This document shows positions 37,667 through 50,765 of a DNA stretch of 64,000 bases, in pieces. The stretch's first letter is position 1. Every line of letters starts with the position of its first letter. Location: the NCBI GenBank assembly GCA_021613535.1, contig CP075492.1:14818001-14882000 (forward strand). The letters are read 5' to 3'. The position numbers and the translations under genes were made by a program. The notes below the pieces were generated by a model. That model did not search any database. It had not been told where the DNA came from and saw nothing but the letters and a program-made list of their open reading frames with translations. The stretch is from Adineta vaga. Lineage: Eukaryota; Animalia; Rotifera.

Positions 37667-38130
37667 TTACGTCATTTTGATTTTGAATTATTTCCAAATA
37701 AAAATCATTCTCTATCACTCGCTTAAAAGAAAATGTGTATGTGATGGCGGACGTCGATGGTTTTTATAGTTTTTAACTGATCTCTGTGACATTATACAAT
37801 CTATACTCAGTATGTCGAAACATTCGATTTGATATTTAATAAAAGTATAATACTGTTATATAATTTCATGCAGATAAACATTCAAACAAGTCTCGTAAAA
37901 TATAAATGAAGTTGTAGAAACTTTCTTTTTTTTTATTCATCATGATGAATCTATTGACATGACATAGTGTCGATTCACATGATGTTTTTCTATTCATTTT
38001 GCGTGATTTACTTTTGAGATGAGGCGAAAAAGATCCATTGATAGCAAATAACTATAGCATTGTCAATTTCAAAAGATATAAAAGTATTCCTGATTAATTT
38101 ATTTGGTTTAGTTTAGAATAATACTATCGT

Positions 38131-38466
38131 CTATCGTTTCACAACTTTATATCCAGGATTCGTATCCACTATACGATAGTTTCTGAATGGATATGGTTGA
38201 TTGTTTCGTTGGATGTGTTGTTCCATAGCTGTTTCTGCTTCTTTTCGTGTATTATATCTTCCAATTTCATAATCATTTCCTTTGAAAATAAAACAAAAAT
38301 CAATGAACAGATAAGAATTTCAACTCGATGATATAATCATTTAATGAGGTTTAGCTATTTCTTGTAAAGATAAAAGTCGAGAAGAAAACACGTATATTAC
38401 GAACATACCGATAGCATCAGTACACCATACTACGAAATCCCGTGCATCAGGTCGTTGACCATTCAT
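38131..38466 (-). CDS. Small 68-aa two-exon protein absent from the ORF track (exons 38466-38409 and 38279-38131)
   Basis: GT-AG intron 38280-38408 gives MNGQRPDARDFVVWCTDAIGNDYEIGRYNTRKEAETAMEQHIQRNNQPYPFRNYRIVDTNPGYKVVKR*. A further 55-nt GTATGT..CTTAG intron (38476-38530) lies just upstream of the ATG. Confidence 0.65.
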
Positions 38467-39874
38467 TATTTCTGTCTAAGACGCGCAAGTACAAAAACGT
38501 TGTTATTGTCACAAGACAAATACGACATACTGTTTTTCGTTTTGCTCTTCTGTTATTTAGATCTTATCAACAAATACAGAGAAACGAAAACAACATCGCA
38601 AATTGATAGCATATGACGCTGTATGATTCATCATTGAAAGAATTGTGCGTACAGCATCTTTCTTAATAACTCTACCGTCATGCTTACTTTTCTTCTATTT
38701 TGTTACTCAATTATTGCACCTATCGATAGAATGTGTATAACAATATAAAAGAACTAGTAGATCGATGAAATATTCAATCTATTCTCGTGAGAAATCGAAC
38801 TTGAATATTTTCGTAGAAGTGTATTTGATTTATCTATGCAATTATTACGTAGGAGAAATGTGAACTGCAGTTAGATAAGCATTCTTGCCACATATTTGGA
38901 CGATTTTTCATCATCTTTCTGTAATCGATATCTGCAAGTCAACAGAAAAGGTGAAGCATAGTCAAGAAATAATGTAGTTACGTATGAAAAAGCTAGTTTG
39001 TTCGGTCACACACATATGTCTATCTTTTCTTTCATTACTCATTTATCCATCATATATCTTGTATTGCCTTTGTACTGAATATCATCATGTTAATTATGTC
39101 TGTTTCAAAATCAAGCAATGCATACATATCATGTCGAATATGGAATAAGAACATACTGCTTTGACCCATCGAATTGTTCAAGCAATCATGCTGAAATTTT
39201 TCATGAACAAAGTAAGTATATTTCATACCATCATGTTATGTATTATTGAATGATATGTAACTGTAGTTCGTTTATTTAATCCTATATCATTATGGATGAC
39301 GTTATCGGCGCTTCTACATGCTTTCAACAACTAATGATACGGATTCCGAGTGCTTAAATTCATCGAATCAGATCATAAACCAAATATTTTAAGGTGGCAT
39401 TGAACTGCACCATCTTTCGAGTGCTTGAAATTTTCTTGTGGCAATCCCTTATGTAATTCAATAGAAATAACAAAACAAGTTATTGACATATTTTCCAATC
39501 TTAAAGATCAAGAGACATATCAATCTATAAATAAAAATCAATTTAGAATTCTTCTTCGCCATGTATATACGTATATCAGATGAATTCAATAAAACAATAC
39601 ATTGTATAGTTAAGATTGGTTAGAAAATTTGATTTATTTTAAAAAATAATAGCTACCGGACAAAATGCAACAGTTCAATATACTAAACTATACATAACAA
39701 AATAATTGAGCTAAGAAAATAACGATATCCTTATATTGCATAGAATAGACATTTTTTTGGTCAAAAATTTCCATAATTGATTTCCAGAAGAAACATACAA
39801 TACCTGAGATTTGTTTAGATGAATAAAGAATACGGTTATTAATTGGCAAGCATGATTATATGAAAATATTCGAT

Positions 39875-40336
39875 TTAATCATTTGCTTGTATACCAAGTT
39901 TTGCTTCTCGTGCTTCTTCTTTGAGTATTTCAATTGTTCTTCTCAAAATCTCTCCTGTCGCTCGAGATCGATTATTTTGTAAATAAGATGCAATATTATG
40001 ACGACATACTGTGTAACTAATTTTTACCCATAGATCAGCTTCTTCGAAACGTTGAATCCACATGCGTGGATAATTATTATTGTTTGGAATATCATTGCTA
40101 GTTGGATGATAAACATGAAAGTAAACTCTCTGAAATAAAACTAGTTGATTTCCAATTAAATCTATATTTTGAGAAGAAAGAAATAGATAGATTTGTGGGC
40201 AATTTGATAATTGATTTTGTATATATTGTATGCATTCAATTCGATCAGTAAAATGTTGAACTCGATGGCCAAGTCTACATTCGATACATGGATGCCGATT
40301 TTCAGTATCAAGAAGAATAGTACATCGATCATTCAT
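39875..40336 (-). CDS. Uncharacterised protein; alpha/beta module resembling the N-terminal domain of rotifer TPR/ART-type proteins
   Basis: Pattern QHFTDRIECIQYIQ..IYLFLS. An intron acceptor lies just upstream of MNDRCT. Confidence 0.5.
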   Translation of the reverse strand: MNDRCTILLDTENRHPCIECRLGHRVQHFTDRIECIQYIQNQLSNCPQIYLFLSSQNIDLIGNQLVLFQRVYFHVYHPTSNDIPNNNNYPRMWIQRFEEADLWVKISYTVCRHNIASYLQNNRSRATGEILRRTIEILKEEAREAKLGIQAND

Positions 40337-40689
40337 CGTGAATGAAATTAAGAAATCTAGAATAAAAATAAAGATCAAGCAATATCAATAAGAAATAAAC
40401 ATTAAAGAAAGTTCATCAAATGATTCAATTTGTGTTCAGTTTGAGATTAACACTTCAAAGATGTTTCCTTATGAACTATACTCTTATGATGGTCTTCTAT
40501 TGATCGATATAGATAAACAAAATGAAGAAGAAGAAATAATATAAATTATATTCGTTATTATTAAAAATAAAGATAATACAATGAATTGTTGTAAAATGAA
40601 AGTTCCAATGTTTCTGTACTGAATAGATAATCAGTTTTTCTCAAGCTTACTTGACATTTGAATTACCCCAATTTTTTTAAAATGTTTCA

Positions 40690-42018
40690 TCAGTGTCCAT
40701 TATCGACATTTTTTTTGGAAAAATTATCCAATTGATTTAAAATTTCAATACATTGATCGTAGTTATTTTCTGCACAGTTCTTGTTGTTTTCTCTAGCATA
40801 TTGATTGCCTAGAATGTGATTTTTCATCGCCACATCAATGGCGAGTTGAGCAGCCAAGTCATCTGGATTATTGGACATACCACAAATAGAATGATATTTG
40901 TTGAAGAATATTTCCTTTTCCGTTGTAGTAGTGGGTTCTGACCCAAAGAGATAAATTGATGGAGATTGATCATTTGAACATAGTTTTTCCAATAGTATTC
41001 TATTATCATCAGTTGAGAGCGCTAGAACAATAATTGGCGAATCGGTCCGTTCCAACAGTTGATCATATTCTTCTTTTTCTTCTTGAAAAACCTTCAAATT
41101 TTTACCGAGAAATTGGCTAAGAATCGGCATGATATTCTGAGAAATTTCTCTCGAAAATGAAAAATCAAGAAAATGAACATCAATATCAGAACTAGGTGTT
41201 TGTTCTGATAGGATTTCCTTTTCAATTTCGGTTCGCATTGTTTTCAGAAAGAGTTTGTCAATACTTTCATTTGAACTAAATAAATATTGTTCACCTTCTC
41301 TTGAACTAAATTCAATTAGATTCATGTCAGCATCCATACGTGTTTCGTCATCCTTATAATTTGTTATCTTTTCTAGCAAATGTTCACTCGTGGTAAGTTG
41401 CTTCTCTGCATTCAATATACGATAATGTGTTTCTATAAATGATTTTAAATCATACGTGCGTTCAAAGAGAGTTTTGGCCCAATGAAAGTATTTGCGTGCT
41501 TGAGAAATAGTTTTATAGGTATTGTAATCCAGTTGTTGTTGTCCACGATTGATAAAATAATCTGCAATAGTGAATGTCAATGTTGCCAAAAGAGTCGTTT
41601 CATCAACGAAGATCTTTATATATTGCTGATTAGTGCCCAAATCGTTTTTCGCTTTGTTAGAATCGGTGCACAGTAAATAAGTTGAGACATGTGAAGTTTC
41701 ATAAGGTCTGGCAAAAACATCAGCAAACTTTATAATACAATCTTCCTATGAAGGTTTTGTAATGACCAAAAACACATGTCTAGCTTTGTTTTCTTCCAAA
41801 TAATCAGCAAAGAAATCTTCATCACTGCAGGAACAAACTTCAATGGCATTGCCTTTATACGAACGTAAGTTGCCATGGAAATCAATACTTATTGGATTGT
41901 CAGGATTCCAATCTGGATGTAACGTTGTAGAAAAAGCTTCGTTAAGAGTTTTGCAGGAATCGATTTGACTATTTTTTTCGTAAAGCCAAATAATAAGTGG
42001 TTGAAAAGTGTATACCAT
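40690..42018 (-). pseudogene. Uncharacterised two-module protein interrupted by one in-frame TAG (41746-41748)
   Basis: ORFs 41746-42018 and 40690-41640 are in the same frame, and the sequence between them is open apart from that TAG. Each half ends in a TPR-like helix pair (G..Y..A...Y/F). Confidence 0.6.
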
Positions 42019-42943
42019 ATTTTATGAAATACTAAAAGCAAAAAATATTACGCATTATCTTTTTCTAGTCGAAAATCTTCGCTGTTATCACGACACCTGT
42101 AACTACACCCATCGCGGAAAAAGACGAAGGACATTCATATGATGAAGCTCCGTATATACGTATATAGATACACAGCTGTATTTTCTCTACAACATTTTCG
42201 CTTCTATCTTTTTTTGTTCTTTAGAAATTAGGATTATTCGTAGAAGATAACGAAACCTTTTATCTTTTATTTTTTTCATAAGACGTATAATTAATATCAT
42301 TCTTAAGGACAAAGTGTGCGAAGAGTAATAAACACCATATAATATGTACAGAGGCTGACTATGATGTTGGTTCCTTTGGACGCATGCCCATCTATCTATA
42401 TGGATCTTTTCTCATTCAATAAAAAAAACTATCAAACAATGAAACTGTTTTTTATACATGAATAATGGTTTTTATCTAATAGAGTAACAGGTACGACAGA
42501 ATGAATGGTGGGGTGGGTGTGGGTGTGGGTGTCGGTCTCTTGTATTCACAATCACACATCCACCCACAACCACATCCTCATCATCATAGTTGCTTGTCGA
42601 TTTGTATGCAAACTTCGGCACATCGTTTGTTTCAGCTTATCATCGAATCTCCACTCCAGATCAATATTTACTTTCATTTTTCATTCAGACAATTTAAAAC
42701 TCAAAACAAACTTTTTATATCACTCCACCGATTGACAGTCGCACAACATCGTGTTCTTTTCGGCACTTATTTGCTTTCCTATGCACCACAAGTTCTAGGC
42801 TTCATCTTCTACATATTACTATATAACAACCTAATGATCGATAGGAATTCAATAACACATCTTTGCATAAAATACTTATAAAAATACAAGATGTATGTTT
42901 TCAAAACTATTTATTTGAGAAAAGTGATACATTGCAAGAAAAA

Positions 42944-44656
42944 TTAAAATCGTTTATCATCATCCATTTCATTTGTCACATTAACTTTCGTTGATCGTTT
43001 CCTACTTCCTTCACATGGTTTTCGTAAAAATTTTACTATTGTTCGATCTTTAAATTTAAAATTTTCAAATTGTTCATCAATGTCTTCCAAAATAACACCT
43101 CTTGTCTCTGGACAAAATGAATAAACAAATATTACAGCTACTAATGTTAAGGCACTAAACAAATAAAATACACCATGAATTCCTAATGGACTGATCAATT
43201 CTAATATATAAGACATAATTGTACCCATAAACCAATTACTACCTGTTGTTATTGAAACAGCACGAGCACGAACATTGAGTGGAAAAATTTCTGCTGCATA
43301 AATCCAGGCAATTGGTCCCCAAGAAAGTGCAAAAAATGAAACGAAAATCGCCGTTGCTACTAACATGATAATACCTGAACTCTTTCCACATTTGACAATT
43401 TCTTCCACCACTGTTGTACCATTGACCATATTTTTCGTTACTGTACAACCAGTAACAAAGATTGTTGCTGCTATAAGATGACCAATAACCATTCCTAGAC
43501 CACAAAAAACTAAAAGTTTTCGTCGTCCAAGTCGATCAAATAAGAATAGAGCAGGTATTGTACTTAATAAATTCACACCGGATAGAACTAATAATGAAAT
43601 AATACCTTGTCCAAGAATACTTTGATAAATAATTCCACCAAATGTAAAGATTGGATTAATTCCCGTTGCTTGTTGTAAAACATGAATTCCAACACCAATG
43701 CCAAGTCTTTGAAGCATTTTTTTTGTTGTAAATAATTCTTTAACGGACACTTGATTTCCTTCAGCTTGTAAAGCATCATTAATTGCATCTAATTCTGCAT
43801 CAACATTATCACTTTTACGAATAAGTTTTAAACTTTTCTCTGCTGCTTCACGACCTTTTCGTTTAAATAACCATCGAGGTGTTTCCGGACAAAAGAATAT
43901 TCCAATCATAATCGCCAATGGTGCAATTAAAATAATTCCATTGGATAATCTCCAACCTAATGGATGGTCTTTTAAAAAGAGATTCACCACATTTGCAACA
44001 AATAAACCAAGAACAACAGTCATTTGCATAAAACCTGAAAGCATTCCACGAAGATTTGTTGGAGCAATTTCGGATGCATATAATGGACAAGAGAAGGATG
44101 AACAACCTACACCCATTCCTTCGACAATTCGACCAAACAGAATTAAGATCATAATTCCTTTAGATTTACCCGGTGGAAAAATTACCATAGATGTACCAGA
44201 AAAAAATAGAATCGATGCAGTAAAAATAATTGCTCGTCGACCAAATCTTTCTGCTACAAACGAAGAAATAAAAACAGCACCAAGAAAACATCCGACATTA
44301 TATAATAATGTAAAAAGAACTAAAAATCGTCGATATTCAGAAGGTAAAGCAGCGACAGGAAGATCACAAGCAGTTGCATTTGCATAAACATCAATACAAA
44401 AATCTTCCTTAAATGATGACATAACAACAATACCACCTGTTACACCTTGATCATATCCAAAAAACCATCCACCTAATGAAGAAAAAGCTGCTAGAAGCAC
44501 GGCAACATATGGTTTCTTATATTGAATATTTTCATGACGATGATGATGATGAATTTCACTTCCATTTTCTATCGACATCTTTCTCATTTGTGGTTCAGAT
44601 TCATTGGGTATATCACTTGTATATAATTCAGTATTCATTACTGGTTCGTCCGACAT
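42944..44656 (-). CDS. MFS sugar porter (hexose transporter), intronless
   Basis: Motifs GGWFFGYDQG, ERFGRR, YASEIAP..LRG, PETPRWL, QQATGIN, DRLGRR, SWGPIAWIYAAEIFP and PETRG. Confidence 0.95.
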   Translation of the reverse strand: MSDEPVMNTELYTSDIPNESEPQMRKMSIENGSEIHHHHRHENIQYKKPYVAVLLAAFSSLGGWFFGYDQGVTGGIVVMSSFKEDFCIDVYANATACDLPVAALPSEYRRFLVLFTLLYNVGCFLGAVFISSFVAERFGRRAIIFTASILFFSGTSMVIFPPGKSKGIMILILFGRIVEGMGVGCSSFSCPLYASEIAPTNLRGMLSGFMQMTVVLGLFVANVVNLFLKDHPLGWRLSNGIILIAPLAIMIGIFFCPETPRWLFKRKGREAAEKSLKLIRKSDNVDAELDAINDALQAEGNQVSVKELFTTKKMLQRLGIGVGIHVLQQATGINPIFTFGGIIYQSILGQGIISLLVLSGVNLLSTIPALFLFDRLGRRKLLVFCGLGMVIGHLIAATIFVTGCTVTKNMVNGTTVVEEIVKCGKSSGIIMLVATAIFVSFFALSWGPIAWIYAAEIFPLNVRARAVSITTGSNWFMGTIMSYILELISPLGIHGVFYLFSALTLVAVIFVYSFCPETRGVILEDIDEQFENFKFKDRTIVKFLRKPCEGSRKRSTKVNVTNEMDDDKRF

Positions 44657-45699
44657 GATAGTGTCTATTCACAATAGAATGAAAAATGACGTGTTTTTCT
44701 TTCAAATTGACAATGAATTATGAAAATATGTAGAAGATAAAAACAATATCTTATCTTAAACTTTTCTTTCTCGTTGCAAAGAACGAAATTATGGGTGTGA
44801 TTATACAAGATGTTTGTCTTACCTTGAGATATTCAAAATAATATACTCGTTGTTTATTACATTCAATTTTGGTACAGTATTGATTGAAGAAAGTTATAAA
44901 ACAATTGTGTTATAAATCAATGCAAAAGAATGTCTTATTTTATAATGATTAAGTAGAGAATAGTATAAAAAAACTTCATATTGTGCTTATCAGAATACTA
45001 AATCATTACTTTCTCTTTTTCTTTCAAGCAAATGAGTTTTATTGAATAGTAAAAATAACTGATGTCAAAGAATAGTTTAATCTGCACTCATAGATATGCT
45101 GAAAGAATGATCGTTTTGTTTTTTTCGATATCTTCAAAAACAAAATCTTCTCTGATAAATTGTTAATGACAATATTGATATTTGCTCAAATAGAAGATTC
45201 TTTTGTAAAAAGAAAGAAAAGAACAAATATTTTTTCATAAAGAGTAATTGAGGATGGGTGAGCGAGGGTGTATGATCAAAATGTTTACACCTACACCCTC
45301 ATCTTTCGATTTGATTTTCCATCAAATGCAAGATTTGTCGTTGATGATCACAATCTGGATATTCTGTGCACGATATGAATCCACGTACTCGATTATCGAT
45401 AGTGTATCTGCTAATTCACTTCGAAAAGTGAAGAAGAAAGGAAGTAATATAATGATAGGTGAAAAACTCTCATTCATACTACATATTATCCGAAATATTT
45501 AATTTAGAATAACACCACCAACAACAAATATAACCTAGTAACACGAAAGTCGGTAATTTCGATACGAATGATGTGAAGTATATTGAATCGATAGGACTCT
45601 TTCCTAAAGAGCATTTAATACATTGTGAAATATTTGATTAATTAAATTCATTAGACATGGTATAAATATTGTGAATAATTATATAATGTTGAAAGTAAT

Positions 45700-46600
45700 A
45701 TTGAATATGTATACGTGCTCCAGGCGAATATCGTTGTTGCAACAGCAATTTTCTGTATATGAGCTAGAAATATAGTTTTAATTCCAGGTATATACATTAA
45801 GACGAAAGCTGTAAGGATAAGAGCAGCAAACTAGATGGCACAATAGATCACAATCATAAATAGATGGGGAAATATTAAACCACCACCGAAAAAAAAATGT
45901 TATCAAGGCTGGCCAAAACCCAAGATGAAAACTTAGACGATCCCACTTAGTGTCTTTTTCTTCATGTATGTTCACTGGACGTTGCAATGTTAGTTGGCTT
46001 CTTCTCACATAACGCAATTACTTTGACAACGAAAATCCAAAACAAAATTGACATATGATACAAATATATAATTAAATATTCGATATTCAAATGCAATATA
46101 ACAATTCCATGCAGTTGCATATTCTGCTGACATACAAGATGATTGAATATAACAATACCAATAAACACCATGACCATATATTGGAAGAAAATAAACGATC
46201 AAATCGTAGAGATCAAATTTTAATTTATTAAACAAATATTGATGAGCGACACTCATGATGCAATAATGACGTTCAATATTATGAGACATAACCCATTCAT
46301 ATAGATAACTTTGATAACAAGATTTTTATGAACAATTAAATATTTGTATAGATATTTTTGACCAGATAATACTCATCGAAGAAGTGCAATTTCTACAGTT
46401 GAATAAAATAATCGATATTGATAAAAATTCCATAGACGTTGAAGAATTTGACGTACTAGAATTTCTAAAATCATAATTCAATATGGTTGAATACTCATAT
46501 GTTCTTGTGGAAGAGTATATAACAATGGATTGGCATTTTGATGAATAATTGGAATTGGACCAGTATGAACATTTGAATGAGTCATTTTCTTTTCTATCAT
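45700..46600 (-). pseudogene. Possible decayed GPCR-like gene
   Basis: Fragments such as SHNIERHYCI and VYFLPIY..C..C resemble TM3-ECL2 of the neighbouring GPCRs, with multiple stops and frameshifts. Confidence 0.3.
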
Positions 46601-46811
46601 ACATAAAACGTGAAAAGTGTTATTTATTTTGATGGAAAGAAAAAAAGCTTCGCTTAAGAGATAATAATCGATGTGTCACACTATTTTGACTTAAAAAGAA
46701 AATCAAGGATACGTCAGAATAATTATCTAGTCAATTCTCAACAGACTTGATGAAACGTTAGCTTAATTGTATGCTTAGAGTGTACATAAATCTCTTTCAA
46801 TAGAGTATTTA

Positions 46812-47875
46812 TTAGTTTCTTCGACGACATTGACTGAATAATTGTTCACGAAACATTTTACTTGTCAATGTAAAGACGAAAAATGTTGCATTATGCCCGG
46901 TGGCTGAGATAACTCCAACGAGAGCGCCAAATAATCCATCTCGTGCTAATTGTAAACTAGTTTTAGACTGGTTTACTGTTAAAGTCGTATACAATTGCAT
47001 GATTGCGTATGCAGTTGTTGTCGATCCCACGACTAAACATTGAATAAAAACCATACGAAGAAGATTTCTATCATTCCTAGAACTTTGGTTTGCTTGACTG
47101 GCTTGATTTGTCGTTGGTTTTACTCGTCGTTTGCGAATGTGTCGAATTGTTAATAGAGAAAAAGCAAGCATTAATAAAGGTGGACCTGTTCCATAAGTAA
47201 TTAAATGCCATATACCAAGAAAGATTCCATAAACATTATTTCCAACCGCACAAGTTCGACGTGGCAGAAGTATTTCATAAAAGAATGGTACATGTAAATA
47301 GGCTAGATGAACGAAGACAAATGTCAATGGAATTGCACGAAAAGCAACTTTATAACTGCTCCATCCTCGTACATTTGCATTTGATGAACTGTGAAGAAAT
47401 CTATGTAGAAATTAATAATTAAAGGTTTTATTACTGAAATAAATTGATTTACCGATCACAACACGGAAGAACAAGAAACCAGATTGTCAATGCTCTATGA
47501 ATATATAGAATAGAAATTAAACTTTTTCTTCTACGACTAATTGTCTTACCGCCATGCGTATGTGAAAAAGTATTTTATTTTGCAAATTTCAGATATAGCA
47601 ACAGTTGGATCAATATTATAAGCTTGAAGAGTTCGAAATGGAGTATTGATGATAGTATAGATAAGCGCAGCTACAGATGATGATAAGAAGTACATACAGC
47701 ATGGATTTTTTCGTAGTGTTGTTCGTGTAAAAACATAAATATTTAAAATATTGCTTATAACTCCAACGAATGAAGTTATCGGAAGTATCCATTTAGTTAA
47801 TATACTAAGAAATGAATTGATTGTATGAAGTTCAGTCTGAATAGAAGATGAAGATGTTACATTTGATGATGACAT
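46812..47875 (-). CDS. Rhodopsin-like GPCR (3 exons)
   Basis: GVISNILNIYVF..LRKNPC, CKIKYF, mini-exon ALTIWFLVLPCCDR and C-terminal FFVFTLTSKMFREQL. Confidence 0.85.
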
Positions 47876-48276
47876 TTTAGTTGTGAAGGAATATTTTTTT
47901 TTTCTGAAACTGTGTTGTTTCAAGAATCAACTTTCGCCATATTTGAACTCATAATATACTTTTCGAATAATAACAAAGTATGTTCTTCCTGAAATACATT
48001 TCCGATTATCCATTCTCTGATTTCATCATCGGAGATGGAGTTTTGTCTACTCATTATTCTGATTCAATCAACACAATCACCCATATTTACATCAAACTAA
48101 TCAACAACTATAAATACAAATCCTCTATTCTTCTAGGATAATGAAGATCGAATTGTTTTAAATGAACAAGATATTCACTCATCATATTGAGAAAGAGATC
48201 TTATCTGTATTTTATAAGATGCTTGCATCAGAATATTTATTAAGAACTAAAAAGAAAAAGATACACAACACAATAT

Positions 48277-49327
48277 TTATGAATTACGTATTGTTTCATT
48301 GTTAAAGACGCGTCGTTTTCGCCAACGAATTTCATTTTTTAGTTCTGGAATAGCGAAATAAGATACAACAGGAGAGAAAAGTACAGCAATATAAATCAAA
48401 CCAATCAAAGTCCATGTTGCTTGAATTTCATTTAAAATTGAATTGAATTGTACCATATTGACTATATTAATAATACTAATCGGTACCCATGATATGTATA
48501 ATGCTCCCGTTATTGATAACAATTGAAAAATCATCTTTTTACTTTTACTCCAAGTATTTTTTTGCATCATTCGTTTTTTCTGATGAATAACTCGAACAAG
48601 AACAGCAAAATTGAAAATAATCATAATTAAAACTGGAATAAGAATAGCATAAACCCATGTAAATGTGCCAATAATTGGTTGTAATAAATAACATGCACTA
48701 CCACATGACCAAGCATTATAGACGAAATTTGTTTGACATGGATAGAAATTTGTGAAAAGAATCACATAGAGCAATGGAACAAGAAAGAAACATATAAGTG
48801 GTAAATAATGCAAAATAATTTTATATCTATACGGGAAAAGAAAGATGTAGTAATTGATCAAAAGATAACGATGAACTTTACTTGTGTAAGAATTGATGAT
48901 GAAAGATGAGTAGATAACGTTCGAATGAGAGAAAAGCATTCATTTGAATTGAGATTGCATTGAGAGAACCAGCAGTGATGAACCAAATCTTGCAAAAGAT
49001 ATCGGAACTAATGGCGACTTCACCACGATAGAGATATATCATCGTCACAGGAAGATCCGTGATTGCCTTTATGAAATAGAGAAAAAGAGTAAGAAAATAT
49101 TTTTCATAGAATAAATGTCTTACTTGGATAAAATAGATGAGAAAAATACAAATGATAACATGATTATTGAGTCGATTTCGTATTTTTTTATTACGTATGA
49201 TATGGGAAAGAAGAAAACATGAGAAAATAATTGATGGAATAAAAAGACTGATCAAAAATGAAAATGTTATTTTTTGATTAAGTCGAATGTTGAGCAAAGA
49301 TTCTTCATTTGAATACGATGAATTCAT
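48277..49327 (-). CDS. Rhodopsin-like GPCR (3 exons)
   Basis: LNNHVII, FCKIW, SFERYLLIFH, LHYLP, CGSACY and TM5-7. Introns follow IYFIQ and FLHK. Confidence 0.85.
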
Positions 49328-50270
49328 CTTTCTATTTTCTGTTAAACGAATGGCTAAATGCGCAGTAAAAGATGTGCACTTTTATACTGATAAGTACGGA
49401 TATAATCAAAAAGTTTTATGTAATTTGTTGATTAGTTAGTACTTTGAAATATAAAGAAACTGAAGAGATAATTCACTCATTGACAAGCTTTCATTTCTTT
49501 TGATAATCTCATCATGTACCATTTTTTTTTAAAACATCCTCTTTAATGCCTTAAAGGCTTTCTACTGAATCAACACAATTAAAAGATTATGAGTACTTAG
49601 ATAATTAATTCTTTCAGGACTGCTGACGTACATGTGCTTCCTGCCATTTTTTTCCATAAAACTATAAGCTTACCGTGCGGCTTATTTTAGTTTTGTATAC
49701 TTCAGTTTCAGTTTAAAAAGGGCACTAGGCAGCAATATGCTGATTTTGTTATAACATTATTCAGTTGTCATATACGTTATTGTGAGGTATAGAAGAATGT
49801 CTTTTCACGTTCTTGCACACAAAATTCGTTTATTGTTACCAATAGTGAGATATTTATATATGACAGTCAAGACACAAAAGATAGATCACACATGATCCAT
49901 ATATAGAGGAGGCATGAATGTGCTGGAAGCGACACACATGAAAGAACGAAACAGCTTAAAATATATCATAGGTAAAACAGAAAGTAAGAAGCCTTGATTT
50001 CTTTCAAAATCGAAGCGATTCTCAAGGTTTAATTCTGAAGAAAAACATCAATCGAAGAGTAAGAGAAGAGAAGCTATAGATTCAAATATGCTTTTTAATG
50101 ATATTTTATCTATAGTTGTTAAGATCAATATTGAATGACACATCAGAATAATTGTACAATGAAAAAAAATCAATTAGATATTAAACGAGATATACATACT
50201 GTTTTATGGTATTTCTTTTCCTTCCTCTCTTTCTCACATACTGGGTTTTACGTATATGTGTAATTATGTC

Positions 50271-50343
50271 TATGTTGTGAAATACTATGTTTATGTTGTG
50301 ACATACTATGTTTATGTTGTGAAATACTATGTTTATGTTGTGA
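50271..50343 (+). repeat. 21-bp minisatellite x ~3.5
   Basis: TATGTTGTGAAATACTATGTT is repeated. Confidence 0.85.
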
Positions 50344-50765
50344 ATGAGTTATTTTCTGCCTCTATATCGAGAGGATATTTTGGATAGAAGAATCATTTCA
50401 TGTCACTTGTGATTCATCGTTTAGTAGAACAAAATAACGCTAAATGTCAAATTACAAAGACGTATATATACTCTTATGTGTTAATTCAGAAAAAACGAAA
50501 AGTATTCAAAAGCAACGGCACATATTTCGATTGATCAAATTACTTCAGTAATTCTTATAGAAACATTACATTGCATATAGAAAGAAAGAAAAAAGACATC
50601 AACAGAACGAAAAAAACAAGCAACTACATATATACTTCATCGCTATTATCAAAAAAACACACTCAAAGAAGTGTAATGCTGATCGTTATAGAAAGTAAAA
50701 ACCTTTTTTTTTTGAAAAAAAATATGAAGCTATAATGTACTTCATCATAATCATTTTAGATCTAA

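Noticed and set aside
42501-42881. ORF beginning MNGGVGVGVG
   Set aside because: It arises from the telomere-like hairpin repeat and has no other coding support.
43239-44658. Short overlapping or antisense ORFs within the sugar porter, and similar ones inside other genes
   Set aside because: They are shadow ORFs of longer, well-supported genes.
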